Origin: Alphaproteobacteria bacterium | GTDB lineage: Bacteria > Pseudomonadota > Alphaproteobacteria > UBA6615 | Direction: 5' to 3' | Assembly: GCA_965261975.1 (NCBI GenBank) | Contig: CBDHEC010000008.1 | Span: 64,001-128,000, forward strand | Length of the DNA: 64,000 bases | Shown: piece after piece, positions 40,701-51,646 of the stretch | How positions within the stretch are numbered: position 1 is the stretch's first letter | How the letters are laid out: every line of letters begins with the position of its first letter | Program-made: the position numbers and the translations under genes | The notes under the pieces: generated by a model | What the model was told of the DNA's origin: nothing | Databases searched by the model: none | The model's input: only the letters and a program-made list of their open reading frames with translations

Positions 40701-41909
40701 ATGACAGCTCTGGCAGAAACTCTCCCCACGCTTCCCGAAATTCGTCTCCAGGCCGGGCGCCACAAGCGCGCCCGCCAGGGTCACCCATGGATATTTTCCA
40801 ACGAGATCGAGATGGATGCGGACGCCAAGGCGCTGCCGCCCGGCGGGCTTGTCCAGTTGATCGACGCGAGCAAACGGCCGCTCGGCGTCGCCACCTTCAA
40901 CCCCCACCCGCTGATCGCAGCGCGCATCCTGAGCCGCGACCCCGAAACGCCGATTGACGGAGACTTCGTGAATGCGCGCCTGCGTGCCGCACTCGCGGTG
41001 CGCGAGGCGCTTTACACCGTGCCCTACTACCGGCTGGTGCATGCCGAGGCTGACGGGCTCCCGGGCCTGATCATCGACCGGTTCGGTGACGTCTGCGTGG
41101 TTCAGGTGAACACCGCAGGCATGGAGAAACTCAGCGACCATCTGACGGCGGCACTACAGGACGTCCTGACGCCAAAGACCATCCTGTTCCGCAACGACAG
41201 CGCCGTGCGCAACCTCGAAGGGCTGCCCCAGGAGATCCGCGTCGTCGGTGACCCGCTTGAAGGCCCGATCGAGGTCATGGAAAACGGCGGCGTGTTCAAG
41301 GCCGATCCGCGCGAGGGACAGAAAACCGGCTGGTTCTATGATCAGCGCGACAACCGCGCCTTCGTGGCCGCACTCGCCAAGGACAAACGTGTGGCCGATT
41401 TCTATTCCTACACCGGCGGGTTCGCCGTCACGGCGGCGCTGGCGGGTGCAGGCGAAGTACATGCCTTCGACCGGTCCCAGGCGGCCCTCGATTTCGCGAC
41501 CCAGGCCGCGGCGGCCAATGGTGTTGCAGAGAAGTTCTCCGCCACCCGCGGCGATGCCTTTCAACTGCTACACGGCTTTGCCGCGTCCGGCGAGACATAC
41601 GACGTGGTGGTTGTGGACCCGCCGGCCTTTGTCAAATCCAAGAAAGACTATCAGGCCGGCATCCGTGGCTACCGCAAGCTGTTCAGGCTGGCTGCGCAGA
41701 TCGTCGCCCCGGGCGGGTATCTGTTCGCCGCATCCTGCTCACACCATGTGGACCCACCCAGCTTCGCCGACGCCGTGCGCCGCGCACTCGCCGACACGGG
41801 CCGGTCCGGGCGCATCCTGCGCAGCTCGGGTGCCGCGCCAGACCATCCGGTCCATCCCTTCCTGCCCGAGACGGGCTATCTCAAGGGGCAGATGATCCAG
41901 CTCGACTGA
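40701..41909 (+). CDS. RlmI-like class I SAM-dependent rRNA methyltransferase
   Basis: GHPWIFSNE, EADGLPGL, GQKTGWFYDQR and DPPAF motifs. Confidence 0.9.
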   Translation: MTALAETLPTLPEIRLQAGRHKRARQGHPWIFSNEIEMDADAKALPPGGLVQLIDASKRPLGVATFNPHPLIAARILSRDPETPIDGDFVNARLRAALAVREALYTVPYYRLVHAEADGLPGLIIDRFGDVCVVQVNTAGMEKLSDHLTAALQDVLTPKTILFRNDSAVRNLEGLPQEIRVVGDPLEGPIEVMENGGVFKADPREGQKTGWFYDQRDNRAFVAALAKDKRVADFYSYTGGFAVTAALAGAGEVHAFDRSQAALDFATQAAAANGVAEKFSATRGDAFQLLHGFAASGETYDVVVVDPPAFVKSKKDYQAGIRGYRKLFRLAAQIVAPGGYLFAASCSHHVDPPSFADAVRRALADTGRSGRILRSSGAAPDHPVHPFLPETGYLKGQMIQLD

Positions 41910-41917
41910 CGCTGCAC

Positions 41918-42781
41918 CTAGCGAACGACCTCGTTCAGGGACCAGTCATAGTCGTAGCCGCCGATTTCGTGAATCAGCTTGAGATCACGCGCCAGCTCCG
42001 GGCGGGCATATTTGCGCAGATGTGCCAGAACGCCGGTCTCTGATCCGCCGAAATCCTCCTGGAACCAATCATAGATGCTCGACGCGGTCAGGGACCCGCC
42101 CCGCAGCTCCGCACCACGCGGATGGTTCACATAGGCAATCGCATTTGCCTCGAGCAAAGCGTCCACCCGATCGGCCGTGTAGGCCGTATCAATCAGGTTC
42201 GGGCAGCCGATCGATGCACAATTGACCGCATAGTGAATGCGCGGGTCCTGCCAGATCGGGCGCAGGATGCGGTGCTCGATATCGTCGAGCGAGATATCTT
42301 CGCCCTCAACGGAGATCAGTTTCTTGCCCCAGGGGCCGATGGAGAAAAGCCCCGGCGAGATACTGATCTTCAGGATCGAGCTCACCGGATAATGGTCGAC
42401 GATCAATTGCACGGTCAGCGCGTTGTAGAGATTGATCCAGTAGGCGAGCTGTTCGTCGCGGTTCAGGCCACTGACCGGGGTCTCCGCCATCCGCACGATG
42501 TATCCATCGAGGGCCGGCCGGTCGCCGTCGGCCAGGCCGGCATAGTCGAAACGAACCACGCCGTCATCGGATGGGCGGGTATATTTCTGCAGGAGACGCG
42601 TCCACTCCTGATGATCGACCGTCTGCGTCGACGCCGGGTCATGGGCCGACCAGCGCGGCCAGAGTTTGGACTTGGGGGCCGCCATAACGGGCATCGCCAG
42701 GAGCGCGAGCAGGAACGCAGCGCCCAGAAGGGCTGCGAGCAGAAGACAGGAAGGGTAAGCGCGGGCGAGAGAATTTGTCAT
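41918..42781 (-). CDS. DUF547 family secreted protein
   Basis: LAYWINLYNA, LDDIEH.ILR, RIHYAVNCASIGCP and YDWSLN motifs. Confidence 0.9.
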   Translation of the reverse strand: MTNSLARAYPSCLLLAALLGAAFLLALLAMPVMAAPKSKLWPRWSAHDPASTQTVDHQEWTRLLQKYTRPSDDGVVRFDYAGLADGDRPALDGYIVRMAETPVSGLNRDEQLAYWINLYNALTVQLIVDHYPVSSILKISISPGLFSIGPWGKKLISVEGEDISLDDIEHRILRPIWQDPRIHYAVNCASIGCPNLIDTAYTADRVDALLEANAIAYVNHPRGAELRGGSLTASSIYDWFQEDFGGSETGVLAHLRKYARPELARDLKLIHEIGGYDYDWSLNEVVR

Positions 42782-42947
42782 ACCGGTTATGTTGGTTCGC
42801 CGTCGCAGGATCGAAAGCGGGCTCACGCCGATTTGAGCGACCCGTTAGCGCGGATCGCCGCATCGACAGCGCGCGAACAACCCGGCAAAGTGGCCGTCGT
42901 TTTCGGGTTGATGATCGCCCGGCGCTCTCTTTATTCGGATTAGGCTG

Positions 42948-43379
42948 ATGACCCCGCGTCCATGCCAGTTTCCTCTAGACCCGCATGAGCAACTGCTGGT
43001 GTTCGATGGCATCTGTCGCGTGTGTAGCGGTTGGGCTCGGTTCCTGCTCCGTTTCGACACGAATGCCCGGATCAGCCTCACGACAATTCAATCGAAAACC
43101 GGCGAAGCCATCCTCAGCGAACTCGGCCTCGACCAAGCACCTCTCGAGACGCTCGTGTTTGTCACCAACGGCATCGCCTATTTCCAGACCGATGCGATCC
43201 TGCGGGTCCTGGGACAATTGCCCGCCGGCTGGCGATTCCTGCTGCTGCTATACGTAATTCCCCACCCGATACGTGACTGGCTCTACGTTCGGCTGGCACG
43301 AAATCGCTATCGTTGGTTCGGGCAACGCGACACCTGCTTCGTTCCCGATGCTTCGACCGAAGCCCGATTCCGGAACTAG
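42948..43379 (+). CDS. DCC1-like thiol-disulfide oxidoreductase (DUF393)
   Basis: FDGICRVC (DxxCxxC) and RDWLY...ARNRYRWFG motifs. Confidence 0.88.
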   Translation: MTPRPCQFPLDPHEQLLVFDGICRVCSGWARFLLRFDTNARISLTTIQSKTGEAILSELGLDQAPLETLVFVTNGIAYFQTDAILRVLGQLPAGWRFLLLLYVIPHPIRDWLYVRLARNRYRWFGQRDTCFVPDASTEARFRN

Positions 43380-43406
43380 CACGGGCGAAACTGCACTTGA
43401 TGCCGG

Positions 43407-44825
43407 TTAGCCCTCGGACCGGAAGGTCAGCCTGAAGACCGTGCCGTCGTCGCCCGACGCGGCGAGCTCGAGGTCTCCGCCATGGGCCTGCATCACGTCG
43501 CGGGCGATCACCAGGCCGAGACCGGTACCGCCCTGGCGGGCCGAGCCCTTGAAGGGCTTGAACAGGCTTTCGCGTGCCGCGTTGGCCAGACCGGGGCCAT
43601 TGTCTGCCGCCTCCACAGTCAATTCACCATTGGCAGACGAACTGACCGAAATCGTGACCCGGCGCGCACCCGCCTCGAAGGCGTTCCGGCCAAGATTCGA
43701 GAACACCCGGTAAATCTGGTCACGGTCCGCCTCGACGATGGTGTCGTCAGGCACCTCGTTGACGACCTGAGGGCCGGCGCCCGCGTCACCACGCTCACTC
43801 TCCGCGAGCACCGCGAGATCGGATGCAACGTCGCCGATCAGCTCGTGCAGGCGAAACCGCGTATGGGTCAACTCCGGGCCTTCATCGCGCGCGTAGTTAA
43901 GCGTGCGGGTGCACAGATTGATGGCGCGATCGATGGCCTGGATCAAAGGGCTGGCGACCCGTTTGACCTCCGGATTGTCGACACCGGACAAGCGGTCGGA
44001 GAGCAGGACGGCCGTCGACAGGATGCCGCGCAGATCATGGTTGATCTTGCTCATGGCCGAACCGAGGGCGGCCAGGTGTTCCTGCTGGCGAAGCGCGCCG
44101 CGCAGATCCTTCTGCATTTCCGCCAGCACCGTTTGTGCAACGCCGATTTCGTCGGTCCGCCGGGTCTCCTTCAGGCCGACGGTGGAGTCCTTGGGGTCTT
44201 GCGAGAACCGGGTCATGTCCTCGGTGATCCGGCGCATCGGCCGCACCATGAGCCATTGCAGGGAGAGGTACAAAAGCAGCCCGGTAATCAACGAAATGAC
44301 GACCGAAAGGAGCAGGATGTTGCGCGAATAGCCGATCATCTCCGCGCGCAGCTGCGCCTCGTTCAGCACCACCTCGACCTCGAGATCGGGATCTTCTTCC
44401 GTGGGGCTGATCAGGCGTAACGTGGGATCGCCGGCGCGGGCCATGGTCGCAAACGCCGCGCCGATATTCCCAAAAAGGGAGCCGTCCGCCAGGTTCACCG
44501 TGACATCAACCGGCGGCGGCGGGGCCGTGAAGAGAAGCAATCTCCGGTCGGCGCGTTTCAGGACAACCGCATAGGCGTCCGCGCGCGACAGAAGCTGCGC
44601 CTTCAGATCTTCGCTGATCAACTCGGCCGGCGCGGCCTCGAGCGCCAGAATGGCGATATGCGCAGACTCCGCCTGATCCTTTAGCCAATTGGTCCGGAAG
44701 TTGGACACCGACGGCGCATAGATCAACACTTCGGCGAGCATGACGAACAGGACCGTCAGGACCAGCAGACGGGCCGACAATGAACGCGCAAAAGGCGGGA
44801 GCGAGAATTTCCGCGACCGTATCAT
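43407..44825 (-). CDS. HAMP-domain sensor histidine kinase
   Basis: Two TMs, HAMP (DEIG), H-box NHDLR, N-box NL.RNA, DNGPG and GTGLGL motifs. Confidence 0.92.
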   Translation of the reverse strand: MIRSRKFSLPPFARSLSARLLVLTVLFVMLAEVLIYAPSVSNFRTNWLKDQAESAHIAILALEAAPAELISEDLKAQLLSRADAYAVVLKRADRRLLLFTAPPPPVDVTVNLADGSLFGNIGAAFATMARAGDPTLRLISPTEEDPDLEVEVVLNEAQLRAEMIGYSRNILLLSVVISLITGLLLYLSLQWLMVRPMRRITEDMTRFSQDPKDSTVGLKETRRTDEIGVAQTVLAEMQKDLRGALRQQEHLAALGSAMSKINHDLRGILSTAVLLSDRLSGVDNPEVKRVASPLIQAIDRAINLCTRTLNYARDEGPELTHTRFRLHELIGDVASDLAVLAESERGDAGAGPQVVNEVPDDTIVEADRDQIYRVFSNLGRNAFEAGARRVTISVSSSANGELTVEAADNGPGLANAARESLFKPFKGSARQGGTGLGLVIARDVMQAHGGDLELAASGDDGTVFRLTFRSEG

Positions 44826-44882
44826 GACGCGCGCATGTGTAGCAGAAATCTGCTGTTCCGGTCAGTCACACGACCTTGTTCA

Positions 44883-46313
44883 TTATCCGAACCTCGCAAG
44901 GAAACGCACGATCTTGCGTGTCCGCTCGGAAAAGAGCGACGGCGTGTAGTAGGAACCGGCGGCCCTCTTGTTGATCTCCCCCAGAGTCGGATAGGGCGCG
45001 ATGATCTGCGCCATCGCACCGATCTTCATTTTCTGGGAGACAGCCAAAATCCAGGGCTGGATCAGCTCGCCGGCATGAGGCCCGACAATTCCCGCCCCGA
45101 GGATTCGACCCTTGGGGCCGATCACGGCCTTGACCATACCCTCGGTACGACGCTCGGTGCGCGCGCGGTCATTCTCGTCGAAGCTGGCCGTGACGATGCG
45201 GATGTTGTCGCCATGTTTGTCCCGGGCGGCCGCCTCGGTCAGGCCCACATTCGCCAACTCGGGGTCGGTGTAGGTGACCCAGGGTACGGCGTCGTAATTC
45301 ACCTTGGCTGGCATCCGAAACAGCACATTCCGGATCACGATGCCGGCGTGATAACCGGCAATATGGGTGAACTGGTAGCGACCGGCGACATCGCCGACAG
45401 CGAACACGCGCTTGTTGGTGGTGCGCAAACTTGCATCCACCTCGATGCCCCGCCGGTCAAATTTTACACCTGCGGCCTCGAGATCGAGGCTCGCCAGGTT
45501 CGGCGACCGGCCCACCGCAACAAGAATATGCGTGCCCGTCACTTCGAAGCTTCGGTCGTCATGCTCGCAAACCACCGCGACGCCCTCTGGCGCGGCCTTT
45601 ACCTCGACAACTTTCGTATCTTCGTGAACATCAATGCCTTCGGCGATCAGGCGCGAGCGAACCACGGCGACCAGGTCCCGGTCATCGGGGCCCATCACCT
45701 GGAACGCTTCCAGTACCGTGACCTTCGATCCCAGCTGGCGGTGGGCCTGAGCCATCTCGAGACCGATCGGCCCGCCCCCGACAACGATCAGGTGACTGGG
45801 GCGCTCGCGCAGCTCAAAAACCGTTTCATTCGTCAGATAGCTGACCTGATCGAGGCCCGGGATGGGCGGTACGGCCGGCGAGGAGCCCGTGGCGACGACG
45901 AAACGCCGCGCGCGCACCCGGGTGCCGTTCTCGCCGAGCACCTCGCGGGGGCCGACAAACTTCGCACCCTCCTCGAACACCTCAACACCCAGATCGGTAA
46001 AACGCTCGACACTGTCATGGGGTGCAATGCCGGCGACCACCCCTTGGACGTGATCGTTGACGGCCGCGAAGTCGATGTCCGCCGCCTTGCCGTTCACGCC
46101 GAACTGGCTGGTATGACCGTAATGGGCGGCGGCATGACCGGCCGCCAGCAATGCCTTGGACGGCACGCAACCATAGTTCAGGCAATCACCACCCATCTTG
46201 CCGCGCTCGAATAGGGCGACGCTTGCACCCATCTGCACCGCACCGGCAGCGACGGACAAACCGCCCGAGCCAGCGCCGATCACGCACAAATCCACGTCTC
46301 GCGTTTCACTCAT
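44883..46313 (-). CDS. Class I pyridine nucleotide-disulfide oxidoreductase (dihydrolipoyl dehydrogenase/MerA-like)
   Basis: GAGSGG, GGDCLNYGCVPSK, GGGPIG.E and PYPT motifs. Confidence 0.9.
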   Translation of the reverse strand: MSETRDVDLCVIGAGSGGLSVAAGAVQMGASVALFERGKMGGDCLNYGCVPSKALLAAGHAAAHYGHTSQFGVNGKAADIDFAAVNDHVQGVVAGIAPHDSVERFTDLGVEVFEEGAKFVGPREVLGENGTRVRARRFVVATGSSPAVPPIPGLDQVSYLTNETVFELRERPSHLIVVGGGPIGLEMAQAHRQLGSKVTVLEAFQVMGPDDRDLVAVVRSRLIAEGIDVHEDTKVVEVKAAPEGVAVVCEHDDRSFEVTGTHILVAVGRSPNLASLDLEAAGVKFDRRGIEVDASLRTTNKRVFAVGDVAGRYQFTHIAGYHAGIVIRNVLFRMPAKVNYDAVPWVTYTDPELANVGLTEAAARDKHGDNIRIVTASFDENDRARTERRTEGMVKAVIGPKGRILGAGIVGPHAGELIQPWILAVSQKMKIGAMAQIIAPYPTLGEINKRAAGSYYTPSLFSERTRKIVRFLARFG

Positions 46314-46361
46314 GACAACACCAATATCTGCAATTCAGGGAAGACAAAGCCGAGCGCCCAA

Positions 46362-47126
46362 TCAGGACACCACGGAGGGAGACCGGTTCTTCCGGGCCTG
46401 GATCCGCTTATAGATCACCGGCAGCAGCGCCAGCACCGCCAGGCCGACCAGTGGACCCAGAATTTCGGGCCGGAAGATAATGCCCAGATCGGGATCCTGC
46501 CCGGCGTCGATGAGTGCACCAAGGCCATTACCGACCGATGCGTAAACGAAGGTGCCGGGGATAATGCCGAAGAAAGTACCCACGACGTAGGTCGTGGTCG
46601 ACACCCCCAGGAACGCGGGCACAAGGTTCACCAGCCAGAACGGAAACAACGGGATCAGGCGGAGAACAAGCAGGTAGCTGAGGGCGTTCGCGCGAAACCC
46701 ATCCTCCATCTTCGACACGAACGGGCCGGCCTTGGCGTGCAGCACATCGCCCAGGGCAGTCCGCGCAATCAGGAATAGTGCGGTGGCGCCAACCGTCGCC
46801 CCCACCACCACGATCAGGCCACCACCGATGGCACCGAACAAAAAACCGCCGGTGAGGGTCATGATCAACCCACCGGGCAAGGAGAAGGCGATGACGGTGG
46901 CGTAAATCGCGGCAAATGCCAGGATCGCAACGATTCCATTGTCGCTCACCAGCATGCGGAGCGTTTCGCGGTTCTCTTTGAGCGCCTCAAGCGACACAAA
47001 ACGGTTCAGGTCGAGTGCAAAAAAGGCCACAAAACCGGCGATCAGGATCGTAATCGGCAGAATTCGCCGCAGCAAAACCGTCTGAAACGAGCTTTTTGGC
47101 GGCGTCGGCGTGGAAGATTCGTTCAT
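46362..47126 (-). CDS. TVP38/TMEM64 (DedA/VTT) membrane protein
   Basis: SLPGG...TL.GGFLFG and LRLIPLFPFWLVN motifs. Confidence 0.9.
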   Translation of the reverse strand: MNESSTPTPPKSSFQTVLLRRILPITILIAGFVAFFALDLNRFVSLEALKENRETLRMLVSDNGIVAILAFAAIYATVIAFSLPGGLIMTLTGGFLFGAIGGGLIVVVGATVGATALFLIARTALGDVLHAKAGPFVSKMEDGFRANALSYLLVLRLIPLFPFWLVNLVPAFLGVSTTTYVVGTFFGIIPGTFVYASVGNGLGALIDAGQDPDLGIIFRPEILGPLVGLAVLALLPVIYKRIQARKNRSPSVVS

Positions 47127-47232
47127 CGCGTTCTTATCCTTGTTTGTTGCGAAACTACTTGGTGCATCATGACAGCCTGAACCATTCACCAATGCGTGAC
47201 TTTGCATGCTCTGTTAACACCGCGAGGGTGCG

Positions 47233-47261
47233 TTGACTTCCATCGGCCGAAAACGTATACA
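47233..47261 (+). promoter_or_regulatory. sigma70 promoter of the rpmH operon
   Basis: TTGACT-N17-TATACA upstream of rpmH. Confidence 0.7.
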
Positions 47262-47303
47262 GCGCGCCGACTTGCAAGGCCTTAAAGGCAATGGAGAATT
47301 CGC

Positions 47304-47438
47304 GTGAAGCGGACATTTCAACCGAGCAATCTGGTGCGCAAGCGCCGCCATGGATTTCGTTCCCGCATGAAGACGGTGGGTGGACGTCGTGTTTTGGCGC
47401 GCCGGCGTGCGCGAGGCCGCAAAAAGCTGAGTGCCTGA
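47304..47438 (+). CDS. rpmH: 50S ribosomal protein L34
   Basis: Missed by the ORF track. GTG start after GGAG; [44 protein letters not shown]. Confidence 0.97.
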   Translation: MKRTFQPSNLVRKRRHGFRSRMKTVGGRRVLARRRARGRKKLSA

Positions 47439-47494
47439 ACAGTGCCGGGCGCGGATCACACCGCGCAGGCACGAGCACCGGGATTGATGAACTC

Positions 47495-47917
47495 ATGACG
47501 ACGGCGGAGGCAACAACGCCGGGTACGGTCGGCCGCACGGTTTCGACAATCGCGCGCTTGCCGAAGCGTCGTGATTTCTTGCGTATCGCGGCCGCCAAAC
47601 GCCGTTGGGCCGAGCCCGGCCTCGTCCTCCAGACAGCCCCGATCCCTGACGACGCCGAGAAAGACACGGGCACAATTCGTGTCGGCTTCACTGCCACCCG
47701 CAAGATCGGTAATGCCGTGGTGCGAAACCGCGCGCGCCGCCGCCTGCGTGCCGCCGTTCGCGAGATTATTCCAACACGAGCCCGCCCGGACCTGGACTAT
47801 GTGCTGATCGCGCGCGCGACCACGGGTGCGCGGGACTACGCCGCCCTCAGAGACGATCTCATCACGGCCCTGGAACGCTGTGATGCGCTGTTGGGCGATG
47901 GGGTAAACCAGGCATGA
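47495..47917 (+). CDS. rnpA: Ribonuclease P protein component
   Basis: [24 protein letters not shown] motif and synteny. Confidence 0.95.
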   Translation: MTTAEATTPGTVGRTVSTIARLPKRRDFLRIAAAKRRWAEPGLVLQTAPIPDDAEKDTGTIRVGFTATRKIGNAVVRNRARRRLRAAVREIIPTRARPDLDYVLIARATTGARDYAALRDDLITALERCDALLGDGVNQA

Positions 47918-48228
47918 TGAAACTCATCTCCTATCTCCCGGTGGCCCTGCTGAAAGTCTTGATCCTGTTCTGGCAGTGGGTCTTGTCGCCGGTGCTTGGT
48001 ACGAATTGCCGTTATCAACCGAGCTGCTCTCATTACGCGGCCGAGGCACTTTCACGCCACGGCGCCATTCGCGGCAGCTGGCTGGCCACGCGACGGATTC
48101 TCAGTTGCAACCCTTGGGGCGGTGCGGGTTATGACCCAGTCCCGAAGGTTCATGACTGCGTCGAACATGACGTTATCGAACACGACCACACACCGCATGG
48201 CACAGCCATGCCCACGCCGCGGAGCTAG
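47914..48228 (+). CDS. yidD: Membrane protein insertion efficiency factor
   Basis: [10 protein letters not shown] and [13 protein letters not shown] motifs. Confidence 0.93.
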   Translation: MMKLISYLPVALLKVLILFWQWVLSPVLGTNCRYQPSCSHYAAEALSRHGAIRGSWLATRRILSCNPWGGAGYDPVPKVHDCVEHDVIEHDHTPHGTAMPTPRS

Positions 48229-48234
48229 GCGAAG

Positions 48235-49980
48235 ATGGATACGAAAAACCTCATTCTCGCGATCGCGATGTCGCTCGCCATCCTTCTCGGCTGGCAGACT
48301 TTCGTTGAACAGCCGCAGCAGGCCGAGCGCCGGGCCGAACTTGAACGCCAGGAGCAGGCCGCCGGTCGCGACCCCGACACGATCGGTGTCCCGTCTGTCC
48401 CGTCCGCAAGCGGGGCGCAGACCGCCGTCGCCGCCGAGCCGCGCTCGCGCGAAGAGGTCATTGCCGAAACAGACAGGATCACGATCAACACGCCCGCCCT
48501 CAGCGGGACGATCAATCTGGTCGGCGGCCGTTTCGACGACCTGACCCTGCGCGAGTATCGCGACACGGTCGAACCGGACAGCCAGCTGATCAAGCTGCTG
48601 TCGCCGCGCGGTTCCGAAGACCCCTATTTCGCCGAGTTCGGCTGGTTGACCGGTAACGGCACCGTCTCGGGTGGCGGGCAAACCCGTTGGGTCGCCAATC
48701 AGAAAGAGCTCACGCCGGAAACGCCTGTGGTTCTGACCACGCGTACCGATGACGGGATGGTGCTCACACGCACCATCGCGGTTGATGACCATTTCATGTT
48801 CACCGTGACCGACCGCATACAGAACGCCAGCGGGGCACCTGTGAATGTCAGCCAGTTCGGCCGCATCACCCGGGTCAACGAGCCTGACACGCTCGGCTTC
48901 TTCATCTTGCACGAAGGGCCGATCGGTATCCTCGACGACACGCTGCACGAGATCGACTATGACGACCTGGAGGATGAGCCCGAGGCACCGCAGGCCTTCG
49001 AGTCCGAAGGTGGCTGGCTCGGCTTTACCGATATTTACTGGCTGACGGCGCTTATCCCGGATCAGGACACGAAGATCGATGCGCGCTTCCTGTTCGACAC
49101 CACGCCCAGCGGCGCCAACCTTTATCAGACCGACTACCGGGGCAACGCGATTGCCCTGGCACCCGGCGAGCTCGCCGAGGTGACCAGTCGTTTCTTCGCC
49201 GGCGCCAAGGTGTTCAACACGTTGACCGAGTATCGCGATAATCTCGGAATCGAGCGGTTCGAGATGTCGATCGATTTCGGCTGGTTCTTCTTCCTGACCA
49301 AACCACTGCTCGACGTCATCATTTTCTTCGCCGAATGGCTGGGCAACTTCGGCCTGGCAATCCTGCTGGTGACAGTCATCATCAAGCTGTTCTTCTTCCC
49401 GCTCGCCAACAAGTCCTACAAATCGATGAGCGCCATGAAGGCCCTGCAGCCAAAGATGCAGGAGATGCGCGAGAAATACGCCGACGACAAACAGGGCATG
49501 CAGCGTGAGTTGATGGCGCTGTACAAGCGCGAGAAGGTCAACCCGGTATCGGGCTGCCTGCCGATCGCACTCCAGATTCCGGTGTTCTTTGCGCTGTACA
49601 AGGTGCTGTTCATCTCCATCGAAATGCGTCACGCACCCTTCTTCGGCTGGGTGAAGGACCTGTCCGCGCCCGATCCGCTGAACATCCTAACCCTGTTCGG
49701 CGCCGTTCCCTGGGATGTCCCCTTCGGCCTCGCGCTGGGCGTCTGGCCGATCCTGATGGGCATCACCATGTTCCTGCAGCAGAAACTCAACCCGGCACCG
49801 GCCGATCCGGTGCAGGCCAAGATCTTCCTGCTCATGCCGGTATTCTTCACCATCTTCCTGGCCAGTTTCCCGGTCGGGCTGGTGATCTACTGGACCTGGA
49901 ACAACCTGCTCTCGATTACACAGCAATACGTCATCATGCGACGTATGGGCGTGTCTGTCGGCGGCGGGAAAACCAGCTGA
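48235..49980 (+). CDS. yidC: Membrane protein insertase
   Basis: DFGWF, GNFGLAI, NPVSGCLP and YWTWNN motifs. Confidence 0.97.
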   Translation: MDTKNLILAIAMSLAILLGWQTFVEQPQQAERRAELERQEQAAGRDPDTIGVPSVPSASGAQTAVAAEPRSREEVIAETDRITINTPALSGTINLVGGRFDDLTLREYRDTVEPDSQLIKLLSPRGSEDPYFAEFGWLTGNGTVSGGGQTRWVANQKELTPETPVVLTTRTDDGMVLTRTIAVDDHFMFTVTDRIQNASGAPVNVSQFGRITRVNEPDTLGFFILHEGPIGILDDTLHEIDYDDLEDEPEAPQAFESEGGWLGFTDIYWLTALIPDQDTKIDARFLFDTTPSGANLYQTDYRGNAIALAPGELAEVTSRFFAGAKVFNTLTEYRDNLGIERFEMSIDFGWFFFLTKPLLDVIIFFAEWLGNFGLAILLVTVIIKLFFFPLANKSYKSMSAMKALQPKMQEMREKYADDKQGMQRELMALYKREKVNPVSGCLPIALQIPVFFALYKVLFISIEMRHAPFFGWVKDLSAPDPLNILTLFGAVPWDVPFGLALGVWPILMGITMFLQQKLNPAPADPVQAKIFLLMPVFFTIFLASFPVGLVIYWTWNNLLSITQQYVIMRRMGVSVGGGKTS

Positions 49981-49993
49981 CGAACCCGGCGCC

Positions 49994-50644
49994 ATGACGG
50001 AACCGATCGGCGCAGCGGCCGACGCCGACCTCGCGGCGGCGCGACATTTGTTCGCGCAGGAATGCACCTTCGTGCGCGGCGTGGCGCGCCTGCCCGATTT
50101 GCCCGATCCGTCATTACCCGAGATCGCTTTCGCCGGACGCTCGAATGTCGGCAAGTCGAGCCTGTTGAATGCGCTGACCAATCGCAAGACCCTGGCCCGA
50201 ACCAGCAACACGCCCGGCCGGACCCGCGAGTTGAACTTTTTCGACCTCGCCGGCCGCCTGATGATGGTCGACTTGCCCGGCTACGGATATGCCCGCGCAC
50301 CGAAGACCGAGATCGCCCGCTGGAACACGACCTTACGCGATTATCTGCGCGGCCGCCCCAACCTGCAGCGGCTCTGTCTGCTGGTGGATTCACGCCGCGG
50401 GATCAAGGATGGCGACCTTGAGATGATGGCCATGCTGGACACCTCGGCAGTCGTTTATCGGGTAGTCCTGACCAAGGCCGATAAACTCAAACCCGACGAG
50501 CAGGCGCGCCTGGTCGAGGCCGTGGCCGCGGAAATGAAGAAACACCCTGCAGCGTTGCCCGACCCCATTGTCACCAGTTCGCGCAAAAGCATTGGAATCG
50601 ACGAACTGCAGGTAGATTTAGCCGCGCTGGCGGATGCGGGTTGA
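49994..50644 (+). CDS. engB: Ribosome biogenesis GTPase YihA/YsxC
   Basis: GRSNVGKSS, DLPGYG and TKADK motifs. Confidence 0.95.
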   Translation: MTEPIGAAADADLAAARHLFAQECTFVRGVARLPDLPDPSLPEIAFAGRSNVGKSSLLNALTNRKTLARTSNTPGRTRELNFFDLAGRLMMVDLPGYGYARAPKTEIARWNTTLRDYLRGRPNLQRLCLLVDSRRGIKDGDLEMMAMLDTSAVVYRVVLTKADKLKPDEQARLVEAVAAEMKKHPAALPDPIVTSSRKSIGIDELQVDLAALADAG

Positions 50645-50704
50645 TTTGGGCTAAGTTCCCGCCGGTCGCCAACCAAGCAAAGACTGCAAAAACAAACGGA
50701 TAGC

Positions 50705-51616
50705 ATGATGGCTCAAGACAACGCGCCAGCACCCGAGGAATTGCTCGCCAAGGCAGGTGTTCTGGCCGAGGCGCTTCCCTACATGCGCCAGTTCAATGGC
50801 CGGCGATTCGTCATTAAGTATGGCGGACACGCGATGGGGGATACCGCACTTGCGAGCGCATTTGCGCGCGACATCGTGCTGCTGAAACAGGTCGGCATCG
50901 AGCCGGTGATCGTGCATGGCGGCGGGCCGCAGATCGGGGCGATGCTCGAGCGGCTCAAGATCAAAAGCGAGTTCATCGATGGCCTGCGTGTGACCGATGA
51001 GGCAACCGTCGAAATCGTCGAGATGGTTCTGTCCGGCTCGATCAACAAGCAGATCGTGTCCGCCATCAACGCCGCCGGCGGCCGGGCCGTTGGCCTGTCC
51101 GGCAAGGACGGCGGCCTGATGTCCGTCCGTAAGTTGCGGCGCACCCGGCGCGAAACAGATTCGAATATCGAGAAAATTCTCGACCTCGGCTTCGTTGGCG
51201 AACCATCTCGGGTCGACCCCGAACTGCTGACCACGCTGACCAAGTCAGACATCATCCCGGTTATTGCGCCGATCGGTATCGGCGACGACGGCGCGACATA
51301 CAACGTCAACGCCGACACGGCCGCGGGCGCCATTGCCTCCGCGCTTGAGGCCACGCGTCTGCTCATGTTGACCGATGTCACCGGCGTGATGGGCAAGGAC
51401 GGCGAGCTGATCGCCGACATGGGCGTGGACCACGCCCGTCAACTGATCGCCGACGGCACCATCAACGGCGGCATGATCCCGAAGGTGGAAACCTGCATCG
51501 ATGCAGTCGAGAAAGACGTCGAGGCGTCGGTCATCATGGACGGCCGCGCCGCGCACTCATTGCTGATCGAGATCTTCACGGAGCATGGTCTCGGCACGGC
51601 GATCTGGGCGGCCTGA
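50705..51616 (+). CDS. argB: Acetylglutamate kinase
   Basis: [21 protein letters not shown] and GGMIPK motifs. Confidence 0.97.
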   Translation: MMAQDNAPAPEELLAKAGVLAEALPYMRQFNGRRFVIKYGGHAMGDTALASAFARDIVLLKQVGIEPVIVHGGGPQIGAMLERLKIKSEFIDGLRVTDEATVEIVEMVLSGSINKQIVSAINAAGGRAVGLSGKDGGLMSVRKLRRTRRETDSNIEKILDLGFVGEPSRVDPELLTTLTKSDIIPVIAPIGIGDDGATYNVNADTAAGAIASALEATRLLMLTDVTGVMGKDGELIADMGVDHARQLIADGTINGGMIPKVETCIDAVEKDVEASVIMDGRAAHSLLIEIFTEHGLGTAIWAA

Positions 51617-51646
51617 CCGCAGCCGAAACACGCCGCGTCAGACGGC

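Noticed and set aside
44883-46313. Mercuric reductase MerA
   Set aside because: It lacks the C-terminal Cys-Cys pair and the NmerA domain, and there is no mer operon.
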